Source: an uncultured Phascolarctobacterium sp.
GTDB lineage: Bacteria > Bacillota > Negativicutes > Acidaminococcales > Acidaminococcaceae
NCBI GenBank assembly: GCA_900545025.1
Contig: UQXH01000001.1
Span: 55,206 to 119,205, forward strand
DNA: 64,000 bases
Direction: 5' to 3'
A program made the position numbers and the translations under genes. The number at the start of each line of letters is the position of its first letter. Within the stretch, counting starts at the first letter, position 1. The notes beneath the pieces were generated by a model. It did no database searches. It had not been told where the DNA came from and saw only the letters and a list, made by a program, of their open reading frames with translations. Below are positions 9,801-19,063 of the stretch, piece by piece.

Positions 9801-10681
9801 TGACAGACTATCAAGGTTTAGGGTACAGTCTGTTGCAGGCTTTGGTATTGTTATTGGTAGCTCCGCTGATTGCCGGAATTATCAAAAAGCTGAAAGCACT
9901 GCTGCAGAACAGGATTGGCTCCAGTATCCTGCAGGAATATTTTGATTTATATAAATGGTGGCGTAAACCTACCTTTGTTACTCCGTATACGAGTATTATC
10001 TTCTTGGCGGCGCCGTGCGTATATTTTGCTTCTACCATAGCTGCAGCCTGCATGCTGCCGAATTTTTTCGGCAGAACGGTAACTTTTGGTGATGTATTTG
10101 TTTTTGTCTACATTATGGCATTAGGTCGTTTCTTGATGACGCTTTCTTCGTTGGATGCGGCTACTGCTTTTGGCGGTATGGGCGGCAGCAGGGAAATATA
10201 TGTTGCTGCTTTTGTTGAGCCTGTAATTATGCTGGCAATATTGTCTAATGTGCTGCATACCGGCAGTACTTTCTTGGGCGGTATGTCTTTGGACCCCGGA
10301 GAGGTTAATCTGACGGTAGCCGGTGTCTTGACCTGTATTGCTTTCTTTTTAGTCTTGCTGGCAGAAAATAGCCGTATACCGGTGGATAATCCGGATACGC
10401 ATCTGGAATTGACTATGATTCATGAATGTATGACTTTGGAATATTCCGGACGACTTTTGGCGTTAATACATTGGGCAAGTCAGCTCAAACTACTTATTTT
10501 TTTGGTTTTATTTTCATTGCTGTATCTGCCGCTTAACGTACCTGTTGTATTTAAGGTTCTCGGTTCTGCGGCATTGGTTGCAGTAGTAGAAACATTAAAT
10601 AACAAGATGCGTTTATTCAAAGTACGTGTATATCTGGCTGCCGCAGGCATTATGCTCCTGCTGGCTATTGCCGCACAGTAA
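9797..10681 (+). CDS. Hydrogenase membrane subunit, NuoH/HycD/HyfC-like
   Basis: 294 aa, ~8 TM segments, NuoH-like. Start overlaps the upstream stop (ATGA). Confidence 0.8.
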   Translation: MMTDYQGLGYSLLQALVLLLVAPLIAGIIKKLKALLQNRIGSSILQEYFDLYKWWRKPTFVTPYTSIIFLAAPCVYFASTIAAACMLPNFFGRTVTFGDVFVFVYIMALGRFLMTLSSLDAATAFGGMGGSREIYVAAFVEPVIMLAILSNVLHTGSTFLGGMSLDPGEVNLTVAGVLTCIAFFLVLLAENSRIPVDNPDTHLELTMIHECMTLEYSGRLLALIHWASQLKLLIFLVLFSLLYLPLNVPVVFKVLGSAALVAVVETLNNKMRLFKVRVYLAAAGIMLLLAIAAQ

Positions 10682-10693
10682 GGAGGGTAAATT

Positions 10694-11323
10694 GTGGAAT
10701 TTTTAGTAGTTACACTTATGTTTATCGTCTTTCTGCAAACGCGTATTATGGATTTGAAGCGTGGCATTTTTTGTCTTAGTATTCAATCGGCATTGATTGC
10801 GGCAGCGTGCCTTGCTGTCGGTATGAGCCACGGCGGTGGGCTGCATGCATTTTTACCGGGTGTGCTCACTATTGCAGTTAAGGTAATCTTTATTCCGTAT
10901 GCCATTTTGAAGGTTGTGCATAAGCTTAGTGATGAAAAAGAAATTGCCAGCGATATCAATGTCAATTATTCTACGGCAGCGGCGGCCGGCTTTCTGGCTT
11001 TAAGCTATGTAGTGCTGGACAGCCTGCTGCCCGGTGCACAGGGACGCGATATTGTAGCTTCATCCATCTTTATGATTATGACAGGATTGACGCTTATTGT
11101 TATGCGCAGCCGTGCAATTATGCAGATGATTGGTTTGATTACCATGGAAAACGGTATATATCTGCTTGGCCTTATTATGACCGAGGGATTGCCGCTGATT
11201 ATTGAATTAGGGATCTTCCTGGATGTATTGATTGCTGTAGTTATCCTGGTAATTCTTACTTCGCGTCTGCGTCTGTCTTTTAAAACGACAGATACTAATG
11301 TTCTGAGAAAGCTGAAAGGGTGA
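10694..11323 (+). CDS. Hydrogenase membrane subunit, HyfE/NuoK-like
   Basis: 209 aa hydrophobic protein. GTG start 7 nt after RBS AAGGAGGG. Positioned as HyfE in hyf operons. Confidence 0.7.
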   Translation: MEFLVVTLMFIVFLQTRIMDLKRGIFCLSIQSALIAAACLAVGMSHGGGLHAFLPGVLTIAVKVIFIPYAILKVVHKLSDEKEIASDINVNYSTAAAAGFLALSYVVLDSLLPGAQGRDIVASSIFMIMTGLTLIVMRSRAIMQMIGLITMENGIYLLGLIMTEGLPLIIELGIFLDVLIAVVILVILTSRLRLSFKTTDTNVLRKLKG

Positions 11324-11327
11324 GAAG

Positions 11328-12803
11328 ATGCTGGAAATTATTTATGCACTGTTATGTCTTCCGCCTTTATGCGCAGCTTTCGCGCTCAGCGGACGTTTTA
11401 CTAATACGTCTTTACATTGGCTGCATAGGATTACGGCTATCGGAGTAGGCACCTTAGTCTGCCAGTTGTTATATAATTTTAATCCAGCTCAGCCCTTTAA
11501 CAGCGAATATTTTTACTTGGATGCGCTAAATTGCTGGGTATTGATAATTATCACGACGCTTTATATGGCGGCTACCTGGACGGCGCGTTCCTATCTGGTG
11601 CGCGAGGAAAAAAGCGGTGTGCTGAAAAATGAACAGCTGCAGACAGGCAGATATTTTGCTTTGATGCAGATGTTTGTCTGGACTATGTTCATTGTTTTAT
11701 TGGTTAAGAATTTGGGTTTGATGTGGGTTGCCATAGAAGCTACCACATTGATTTCTGCACTCCTTATCTCCTTTAAATTTACCCGTAGTGCGCTGGAAGC
11801 AACCTGGAAATACATTATGGTATGTACAGTCGGTATCTGCCTGGCGCTTTTGGGAACCTTGATTCTCTATTATGCCCAAATTGACGCTTTGGGGAACGAT
11901 AATCCGCTTAGCTGGCTGTATCTTTATGAACATGCGGCTGTACTTGATCCTTCTTTAACCAAGATGGCGCTGCTGTTTATATTGATTGGCTACGGTACCA
12001 AGGTTGGTATGGCCCCTATGCATACTTGGCTGCCCGATGCCTATGCAGAGGCTCCGTCGTTGACCAGCGGCATGCTTTCCGGCGCTCTGTGCAGCTGTGC
12101 ATTATATGTATTACTGCGTAATTTGGTAATTTTATTGCCTACTGCCGGCGTGGAGATGATGAGCGGCATGCTTTTGTTCTTTGCCGTGCTTACTGTAGCT
12201 GTAGCGGTTCCTTTTGTAGTCGTACAGCGTGATGTGAAGCGTATTTTAGCATATTCCTCCATGGAGAATATCGGCATCATGGTAGCTGGTGTCGGTGTAT
12301 TTACAGCTTTTTCTCTGAAAGCTGTAATGCTGCACATGTATAGCCATGCGCTGATTAAATTCGTATTGTTCTATATTGCTGGTACTATCATTCAGGAGTA
12401 TCAGACCAGGAATCTGATGCGTATTCATGGCATGATTAAAGAAGTTCCGCATACGGCTACTTTGTGGCTTATCAGTATGCTTGGCATTCTGGGTCTGCCT
12501 CCGATGGGACTGTTCTTCAGTAAATTCTATATTCTGACAGCTCTTTTTAAAGAAGAACACTGGATAGCAGGAAGTCTGCTGATTATTCTTTTAGCAGGCG
12601 TATTGATTGGTATTTTATATCATGGCATGCGTATGCTGTGTGATCAGCCGCGACGTCCGTCTTTAGGGGATTTGCTGGATAAACTTGATACACCGGTATT
12701 GGCGATTTTATTATTGCTTACCTGTTTTGTCGGTGCCGGATTTGAAAATATTCCCTGGATTAATAATCTTTTAAATCATGCAGTTTTAATAATAGGAAGG
12801 TGA
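11328..12803 (+). CDS. Hydrogenase membrane subunit, NuoN/NuoM/HyfF-like antiporter-like subunit
   Basis: 491 aa with the same antiporter-like motif family as the first subunit (WLPDAYAEAPSLTSGMLSG). Confidence 0.8.
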   Translation: MLEIIYALLCLPPLCAAFALSGRFTNTSLHWLHRITAIGVGTLVCQLLYNFNPAQPFNSEYFYLDALNCWVLIIITTLYMAATWTARSYLVREEKSGVLKNEQLQTGRYFALMQMFVWTMFIVLLVKNLGLMWVAIEATTLISALLISFKFTRSALEATWKYIMVCTVGICLALLGTLILYYAQIDALGNDNPLSWLYLYEHAAVLDPSLTKMALLFILIGYGTKVGMAPMHTWLPDAYAEAPSLTSGMLSGALCSCALYVLLRNLVILLPTAGVEMMSGMLLFFAVLTVAVAVPFVVVQRDVKRILAYSSMENIGIMVAGVGVFTAFSLKAVMLHMYSHALIKFVLFYIAGTIIQEYQTRNLMRIHGMIKEVPHTATLWLISMLGILGLPPMGLFFSKFYILTALFKEEHWIAGSLLIILLAGVLIGILYHGMRMLCDQPRRPSLGDLLDKLDTPVLAILLLLTCFVGAGFENIPWINNLLNHAVLIIGR

Positions 12804-12807
12804 TAAC

Positions 12808-14313
12808 GTGCTGCAGGTACAACCGGAAAATTTGCGTGGCGCTGCCAATATTTTCAGTGCTGCGGGGAAAAATCCTCTTACTGCCATGTTTGGCGCGGAT
12901 GAAACCTTACATGACGGCGGACTGGCCGTTTATTGTTTATTTTATAATGTTGAAAAAAGAGATATGGATATTTTAAAGGCAGAGTTTCCGGCAGATGGAG
13001 ATTTAAGCTATCCTTCCTTAACGCCTATTCTGCCTGCTGCAGCCTGGTATGAAAGGGAGCTGCATGATATGTTTGGCTTTATTCCGCGTGAACATCCTGA
13101 TTTGCGGCCCTTGGTATTGCACGAAAGCTTTCCTGAAGATTTTCATCCCTTATTGAAAAAATATCCTGTTAACTATCAAGTTAGGGGTAAGAAAGAATAT
13201 GAGATGCTTACTTCTGCAGGCGAAGGTCTGTATGAAGTGCCTGTAGGCCCTATACATGCAGGCATTATTGAGCCAGGACATTTCCGTTTTAGTCAGGCTG
13301 GTGAGGCCATGTTGCAGTTAGATGCCAAGCTTTTTTATACTCATCGTGGCATTGAGAAGGCAGTGGAAGGTAAAACACCTTTTGAAGCATTGACTTTGGT
13401 AGAACGCATTTGCGGTGCATGCAGTGTAGCGAATACCTTAAGCTTTTGTCAGGCGGTAGAAAAGCTTTCAGAAGTGCAAGTGCCGAGAAGAGCATGGCTC
13501 ATCCGTACTTTAGCTGCAGAGTTGGAACGCCTGTATAATCATGTAGGCGATACGGGTAATATCTGTGCAGGTGTGGGCTTTTCTCCCATTATCAGCATGG
13601 GCAGCAGACTGAAAGAATATCTGATGCAGCTTAATGAAATGCTGGCTGGTAATCGTTTTCTGCGTGGGCTTATCGTACCGGGCGGAGTAAACTATGATGC
13701 TGATGAAAAATGTCTGGAAGAAATAGATGAAGTACTGCGTGAGTTGGAAAAGGAATACAAAGATATTGTCCATATCATGTGGGAGCAGAATAACTTTGTC
13801 AACAGAATTCGTACCACCGGTATTATCAGGCAGAATACAGCTTTTGAACTGGCTATGGTTGGCGTAGGAGCACGCGCCAGCGGCAGTACACGTGACAGCA
13901 GAAAGGACATGGGCTTTGGTATTTACGATGAGCTTGATTTTTCTGTTATCACTGAAACTGCTGGTGATGTGGAAGCGCGAATCAAAGTGCGCGTAGGTGA
14001 AGTATACGAAAGCATTAAACTTGTAAAACAGCTGATAACAAAGCTACGCAGGGAACCGGAAGAAAATCTGCGTGTCGATTTAGGCGATTTGCGTACTTCG
14101 GAAGGCAGCTGGGGAATCAGCGAATCGGCGCGTGGAGATAATCTGCACTGGCTTATGTTGGATGAAGAAGGTCGTATTGACAGGCTGTTTGTAAGGTCGG
14201 CTTCATATCCCAACTGGCCGGCGTTGACAGTGGCTGTACAGGGTGACATCATACCTGACTTTCCCTTGATAAATAAAAGCTTTGAGTTGTGCTATGCATG
14301 TCTTGACCGTTAG
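12808..14313 (+). CDS. [NiFe]-hydrogenase large subunit, fused NuoC-like/NuoD-like (HycE/HyfG/EchE-like)
   Basis: N-terminal 30-kDa-subunit-like domain (YERELHDMFGF). N-terminal Ni-binding motif RICGACSVAN. C-terminal motif ELCYACLDR, with the ORF ending right after the Arg, so there is no C-terminal extension. Confidence 0.85.
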   Translation: MLQVQPENLRGAANIFSAAGKNPLTAMFGADETLHDGGLAVYCLFYNVEKRDMDILKAEFPADGDLSYPSLTPILPAAAWYERELHDMFGFIPREHPDLRPLVLHESFPEDFHPLLKKYPVNYQVRGKKEYEMLTSAGEGLYEVPVGPIHAGIIEPGHFRFSQAGEAMLQLDAKLFYTHRGIEKAVEGKTPFEALTLVERICGACSVANTLSFCQAVEKLSEVQVPRRAWLIRTLAAELERLYNHVGDTGNICAGVGFSPIISMGSRLKEYLMQLNEMLAGNRFLRGLIVPGGVNYDADEKCLEEIDEVLRELEKEYKDIVHIMWEQNNFVNRIRTTGIIRQNTAFELAMVGVGARASGSTRDSRKDMGFGIYDELDFSVITETAGDVEARIKVRVGEVYESIKLVKQLITKLRREPEENLRVDLGDLRTSEGSWGISESARGDNLHWLMLDEEGRIDRLFVRSASYPNWPALTVAVQGDIIPDFPLINKSFELCYACLDR

Positions 14314-14328
14314 GAGGAAAAATTTACC

Positions 14329-15051
14329 ATGTTAAAAATGATTGAGGCTATTTTAAACAAAAAAATAGTCACGGAAAATATTTCTCTCTCCGGACATAAA
14401 AGAATGCGTGGACAGCTGCAGTGCATGAATTGCTGTGATGGTTGCGGACATTGCAGTGCAGTTTGCCCAGTCAAAGCTATCACTGTCTATGATGGTAAGC
14501 CGATTGTAGATTATAAAAAATGTATTTTCTGTGGTCGTTGTGTAGAAGCATGTGTACAGGGGGCTTTGCAGCATAGCAACAAAGATGTTTTAGGAAGTGT
14601 ACTGACAGAAGCACAAACTCAAATCAGCGATATGATTACAGCTAAACTTGGCAGATCTCTGCATGTGCGCCATCTTGATGCCGGCAGCTGTAATGCTTGT
14701 GATTTTGAAATGGGAGCTTTGAGTAATCCAATTTATGATTTGCATCGTTTTGGCATAGCATTTGTTGCTTCTCCCAGACATGCCGATATGTTGATGGTTA
14801 CCGGCGTAGTAACACGCAACCTGGAACAGGCTTTGCGTATGACGTACGATGCCATGCCGGAACCAAAGCTGGTCATGGCCTGTGGTGCCTGCGCCAGTGG
14901 TGGAGAAACATATGGAAGTACTTATGCCGTTTGTGGCAGTGCAGCTGATATTGTACCCGTGGATATTGCTGTACCTGGATGTCCGCCAAGGCCGAGCTCT
15001 ATGATTGCTGCAATGTGTGCTGCAGCTGATATACTTAATCAACGATTATAA
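14329..15051 (+). CDS. Fused 2x[4Fe-4S] ferredoxin (HycF/NuoI-like) and hydrogenase small subunit (HycG/NuoB-like)
   Basis: N-terminus CMNCCDGCGHCSAVCP...CIFCGRCVEACV carries two ferredoxin Cys clusters. C-terminus GSCNACDFE...MACGACASGG...VPGCPPRP carries the NuoB-type proximal-cluster ligands. One continuous 240-aa ORF. Confidence 0.8.
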   Translation: MLKMIEAILNKKIVTENISLSGHKRMRGQLQCMNCCDGCGHCSAVCPVKAITVYDGKPIVDYKKCIFCGRCVEACVQGALQHSNKDVLGSVLTEAQTQISDMITAKLGRSLHVRHLDAGSCNACDFEMGALSNPIYDLHRFGIAFVASPRHADMLMVTGVVTRNLEQALRMTYDAMPEPKLVMACGACASGGETYGSTYAVCGSAADIVPVDIAVPGCPPRPSSMIAAMCAAADILNQRL

Positions 15052-15135
15052 TAAATGTATATTTTATAAAATAATATTGTATAAACAGTCAATGAGTGGT
15101 AATATATCATTATACTTTTTGAGGAGTTGTTGAGG

Positions 15136-15621
15136 ATGATTACTTACAGAGCTGCCAAATTCAGTGACGTAGAAAATATACATAAACTTTTAAATGATTA
15201 TGCCCGTGAAGGCTTGATGCTGCCGCGCTCTCGTAACAGTATTTATGAAAATCTGCGTGATTATATTGTTGCTGTGGAAAATAACCGCCTTATTGGTTGC
15301 GGCGCGTTACATTTTGTTTGGGATAAGTTGGCAGAAATTCGTTCTTTAGCTGTTGACCCAGAATTAAAATGCTCCGGTATAGGTCGCAGGATTGTCGCGC
15401 TTTTAGAGCAGGAAGGAATTGAGAGGGGAGTAAAGATGTTCTTTACTTTGACTTATCAGCCAGGCTTTTTTTCTAAATGTGATTATATTGAAACAGCTAA
15501 GGAAAAATTGCCGCAGAAGGTTTGGAAAGAGTGCGTATATTGCCCACAATATCCTTATTGTAATGAGATTGCTTTTGTAAAGACTACGGTTGATTATCAG
15601 CCAGGTGATGTAATGTTTTAA
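15136..15621 (+). CDS. GNAT family N-acetyltransferase with C-terminal Cys motif
   Basis: GNAT motif A region (IRSLAVDPELKCSGIGRRIV). C-terminal C-x2-C-x5-C (CVYCPQYPYC). ATG at 15136 lies 9 nt after GAGGAG; the track start 15127 is a TTG. Confidence 0.7.
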   Translation: MITYRAAKFSDVENIHKLLNDYAREGLMLPRSRNSIYENLRDYIVAVENNRLIGCGALHFVWDKLAEIRSLAVDPELKCSGIGRRIVALLEQEGIERGVKMFFTLTYQPGFFSKCDYIETAKEKLPQKVWKECVYCPQYPYCNEIAFVKTTVDYQPGDVMF

Positions 15622-15636
15622 ATTTAATAAAATGTA

Positions 15637-15665
15637 TTGACATTTTTGTTATCTGCGAGTATAAT
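15637..15665 (+). promoter_or_regulatory. Consensus sigma70 promoter of tRNA-Leu
   Basis: TTGACA (15637-42), 17-nt spacer, TATAAT (15660-65). Confidence 0.7.
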
Positions 15666-15696
15666 ATCTATTGTTCCGAGTTGATTGGAACAATTT

Positions 15697-15784
15697 GCCG
15701 AAGTGGCGGAATTGGCAGACGCACTTGACTCAAAATCAAGCGTAGTAGCCCTACGTGCCGGTTCGAGTCCGGCCTTCGGCACCA
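15697..15784 (+). tRNA. tRNA-Leu (anticodon CAA), type II with long variable arm, CCA encoded
   Basis: Acceptor stem gccgaag/cttcggc. Anticodon loop ctCAAaa. Long variable arm gcgtagtagccctacgtgc. T-arm ggttcgagtcc. 3' ACCA. Confidence 0.9.
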
Positions 15785-15793
15785 AGGAAATAT

Positions 15794-15824
15794 GCGGTTC
15801 TACAGAGTTAGAACCGCTTTTTTA
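15794..15824 (+). terminator. Rho-independent terminator after tRNA-Leu
   Basis: gcggttctacagagttagaaccgc followed by TTTTTTATTT. Confidence 0.8.
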
Positions 15825-16125
15825 TTTGTCTAAAAACAGGTAAAAATGACTCCATTACTCCAAACATTTTCTCTAACGTTGATTCTACCTAGCAAAGTGC
15901 GGATTAAAATTTTGAAAAATTTATGGTAAATATTCTTGTTGAGAAAAATTTGAGAATTTTATGTTTTATATTATTTAAAATAGAAATGTATAATTTTACG
16001 TAGCTATAATAAATAGAAAGAATAAATTATATACTATTATAATTTTATATTCGTAAAAATTGGTAGATATCAATAGAATTTGTACTTTAATTATCAGAAA
16101 AAGAATGAATGCTATATAATGTTAT

Positions 16126-16175
16126 GCTAATAGTAAAGATCCAACCCGCCTAGCGGGTGGATCTTTACTATTAGC
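16126..16175. repeat. Near-perfect 50-bp palindrome (stem about 23 bp, one bulged A) in an AT-rich ORF-free spacer
   Basis: gctaatagtaaagatccaacccgcc-tag-cgggtggatctttactattagc, read directly from the sequence. Confidence 0.8.
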
Positions 16176-16225
16176 TATAAACTTTCTTGAACTACGCGCA
16201 TAGCGCGATATTTTCTTTATTCAAT

Positions 16226-16268
16226 AAAAGCAGAAGCATATACTTAATAGTATATGCTTCTGCTTTTA
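16226..16268. terminator. Bidirectional rho-independent terminator (serves the minus-strand nhaC)
   Basis: Perfect 19-bp stem aaaagcagaagcatatact-taat-agtatatgcttctgctttt, flanked by an A-tract and a T-tract. Confidence 0.8.
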
Positions 16269-16273
16269 TATAT

Positions 16274-17699
16274 TTAATTGTCTTTTTGATCTTTTATTTT
16301 AGCAATGCCGAATCCTGTGTAGCCGAAGATAATAGCAAAAATCATACTGCCGTAACATAAAATAGCCCAAGGCATATAATCAAATGTGGAAACGCCTAAT
16401 GTTGAAGCCATATATGTACCGGCAACGGACCAAGGCACTATAGGAACAGCGCAGGTACCGGCATCTTCCAAAGTCCTGGATAAATTTTTGGCTGCAAGAC
16501 CAAATTTTTTATATAAATCTTTAAACATTTCACCAGGAATTAAAAGTGCAAGATAAGAACTGCCGGTAACTATGCTCATGAATAAAGTTGATGCAACCGT
16601 TGCTGTAATGAGGTTACCTACCGAAGTAATAGAATTAACGATTCGTGTTAAGATTACTTCAATGCAGCCAGCTTTACTAAAGATTCCTGCAAAAGCGAAG
16701 GCGCAGAATACTAACATCTAATACAGTACTCATCATGCCCATTAACCCGCCTCTGTTCAAAAGGGTAGTGATGGCCTTTACAGATTCAGTGTGTGCGGAT
16801 GAAGCCAGCATATCTACCTTAAAACCATTTACAAATGCCATCATGGCTGTTTTTAAAGTAAAGTCTTGGAATATCATACCGAATGCGATACCTATAAGTG
16901 AAGACAGCAGCAACATCGGGATAGTTGGCTTTTTAGTATATGCTCCGTAGAACACAAGTATGGGAGGCAATAGTAAAATCCAATGGAAAGAATATAACTG
17001 TTCTAAATTTTTTAAAACTGCATTGACGGTTTCTGGATTTGCCATTGCTTCTACTGGTATCGAAAAACCTATGAAAGTATATGCTATTAGGCAAGTTATT
17101 GTAGCCGCACCAGTTGTATACAACATATGTCTGATGTGTTCATATAATTCACTTCCAGCAGCGATAGGTGCGAGTATGGTTGTGTCAGAGAAAGGTGAAA
17201 GTTTATCTCCGAATACAGCTCCAGAAATGACTGCACCTGCTGCTATTTCTAAAGGAACGCCTAAAGCAATCGCTATCCCCATTATAGCAACACCAGCGGT
17301 ACCTGCTGAGCCAAATGAAGTACCGGTAAAAGTTGAAATTACGGCAGTTACTAAAAAAGCTGTAACAAAAAGGAACTGAGGGTCAATAATCTTGATACCA
17401 TAATAAATCATCATTGGTATTGTTCCAGAAACCATCCAACTTGCTATCATTGCACCTACACAAACCATAACGAATAAAGAGGGCAGACTGCTGTGGATTT
17501 TATCACTTATGCCGTTAATCATGTCTCTCCATTCATAACCAACTCTTTTGGCAATAATAGAGGCAACAGCTGCAGCAATCAGTAATAATGCCTGGATAGG
17601 CAAACCGTATTTTCCGTAGCCTATGCCTAAAAGAAGTATCATTGCAAGTAAAGGAATTAATGCTTCCGTAAAAGTAGGTTTTCTAATCATTATAAACAC
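16274..17699 (-). pseudogene. nhaC: Na+/H+ antiporter NhaC family, split by a frameshift into a 340-aa N-terminal ORF (16677..17699) and a 147-aa C-terminal ORF (16274..16717)
   Basis: Both ORFs are polytopic NhaC-like. Together they give ~487 aa, the normal NhaC length. The reading frames overlap at 16677-16717. Confidence 0.6.
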
Positions 17700-17706
17700 C
17701 TTTCTT

Positions 17707-18255
17707 TTATTTTTTTCTGGTAATTGTCATTGCGCAGCCTTTTCCTTCGCCATCAGCAATAGTTGTTGGAAAGTCGATTTCTACATTAGGAAAAGGATGG
17801 CATATAGCATAATCGCAATGTCCTAACATATCACGACAGAACATTTTTATTTCTTCTTTATTTAATCCTAATTCTGTAAGTGCTTCTACGTGCGGACAGC
17901 AATTAAAAATTTTAACTGCTTTGTTGTCTTCCAATTCAACAATGTCTTGTTCAAATACAAGCAGTCCGCCGCGGGAAGTTTGCCCTAAAAGCGCTTCTTT
18001 AGGCCCTATGTTTTGGGCACCATATTTTTCAGCAATCTTTTGTCCTTGATACAAACCAAAATCCCAACTGCCTTCACGGATTACTTTGTTGGCATCAACG
18101 TCAGGATAAAGTTCTTTTAGTTTTTTCCATATGAAGTAAACCTGCCTTGTTCTATCTTTATAAGCATCTTTAACAGCTTTTTTGAATTCTTCGACACTTG
18201 CTGGTTCGTTAATTCCGCTTGCATCAATAAATTGCTTGATTTCTTCTTTGCTCAT
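17707..18255 (-). CDS. Small Cys-rich protein, possibly ATC-hydrolase-like (L-2-amino-thiazoline-4-carboxylate hydrolase, PF14196-like); family assignment tentative
   Basis: 182 aa. C-terminal cysteines (NCCPH...CRDMLGHCDYAICHPFP...CAMT). Good RBS. Family call is from memory only. Confidence 0.45.
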   Translation of the reverse strand: MSKEEIKQFIDASGINEPASVEEFKKAVKDAYKDRTRQVYFIWKKLKELYPDVDANKVIREGSWDFGLYQGQKIAEKYGAQNIGPKEALLGQTSRGGLLVFEQDIVELEDNKAVKIFNCCPHVEALTELGLNKEEIKMFCRDMLGHCDYAICHPFPNVEIDFPTTIADGEGKGCAMTITRKK

Positions 18256-18404
18256 AATAACCCTCCTAAAAATTGTATACTAATTTGATTTTACAATAAC
18301 TATATGTATATTACAACTAATAGAAAATGTATACACTAAATATGTAGAATAAATTAGCTGTTTAGAAAGTAAAAATTGAATTTTTAGGAAATATTTAGAC
18401 TAAA

Positions 18405-18908
18405 TTACGACAGTATCTTTTCATATGCAAGTTTATCACTTCCCTGGAAAACAACCGTTCCACAATATATATAGCCCTGTTTTTCCAATATATGCTGCAT
18501 TCTTTTGTTAGGAAAGTCTGTATCAACTCGAATGCTGCCGATATTTTTAGACAGGCAAAATTCTTCGATGAGAGTAAAAACTACTGCAGTAAGTCCGTTG
18601 TTTCTGAAGGTATGACCAAAAGCCATACGATGAATTACTGCATAAACTCCTGAAGCAGTAAGCCATTTGCCTTGAATATTTTGATAAGCAGGCTCGCCAT
18701 CAAAATCAATACACATGTAACAAGCAATACTTCCGTCTATTTTGAGGACATAACCTTTTTGTTTGTTAATATCGTCAAGAAGTGTTTCACGATTAGGATA
18801 ATCGTCTGTCCATTGAGTGAAACCTTGTTCTTGCTGAAAGAGTTTTCCTTCTGTAATTATACGAAAACAGATCTCTAATTCATTTGCCTGAGCTAAGGTA
18901 AGTTCCAT
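18405..18908 (-). CDS. GNAT family N-acetyltransferase
   Basis: 167 aa with a GNAT core (AVIHRMAFGHTFRNNGLTAVVF...). Divergent from the LysR gene. Confidence 0.7.
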   Translation of the reverse strand: MELTLAQANELEICFRIITEGKLFQQEQGFTQWTDDYPNRETLLDDINKQKGYVLKIDGSIACYMCIDFDGEPAYQNIQGKWLTASGVYAVIHRMAFGHTFRNNGLTAVVFTLIEEFCLSKNIGSIRVDTDFPNKRMQHILEKQGYIYCGTVVFQGSDKLAYEKILS

Positions 18909-19063
18909 TGTAATTGTCTCCTATATATTAGTATTTTTATGTATAAAGATTATTGTCCCTTGCACTTATGACAATTCTTTTTTATAATAACATTGAAAAA
19001 AGCTTAAAACAATTTGATGATTTTATAATTATAGTTTAATTAAATTTAAGCGTTGGAGTAACT

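Noticed and set aside
14590-15042. 150-aa minus-strand ORF
   Set aside because: Antisense to the ferredoxin/small-subunit gene of the hydrogenase operon.
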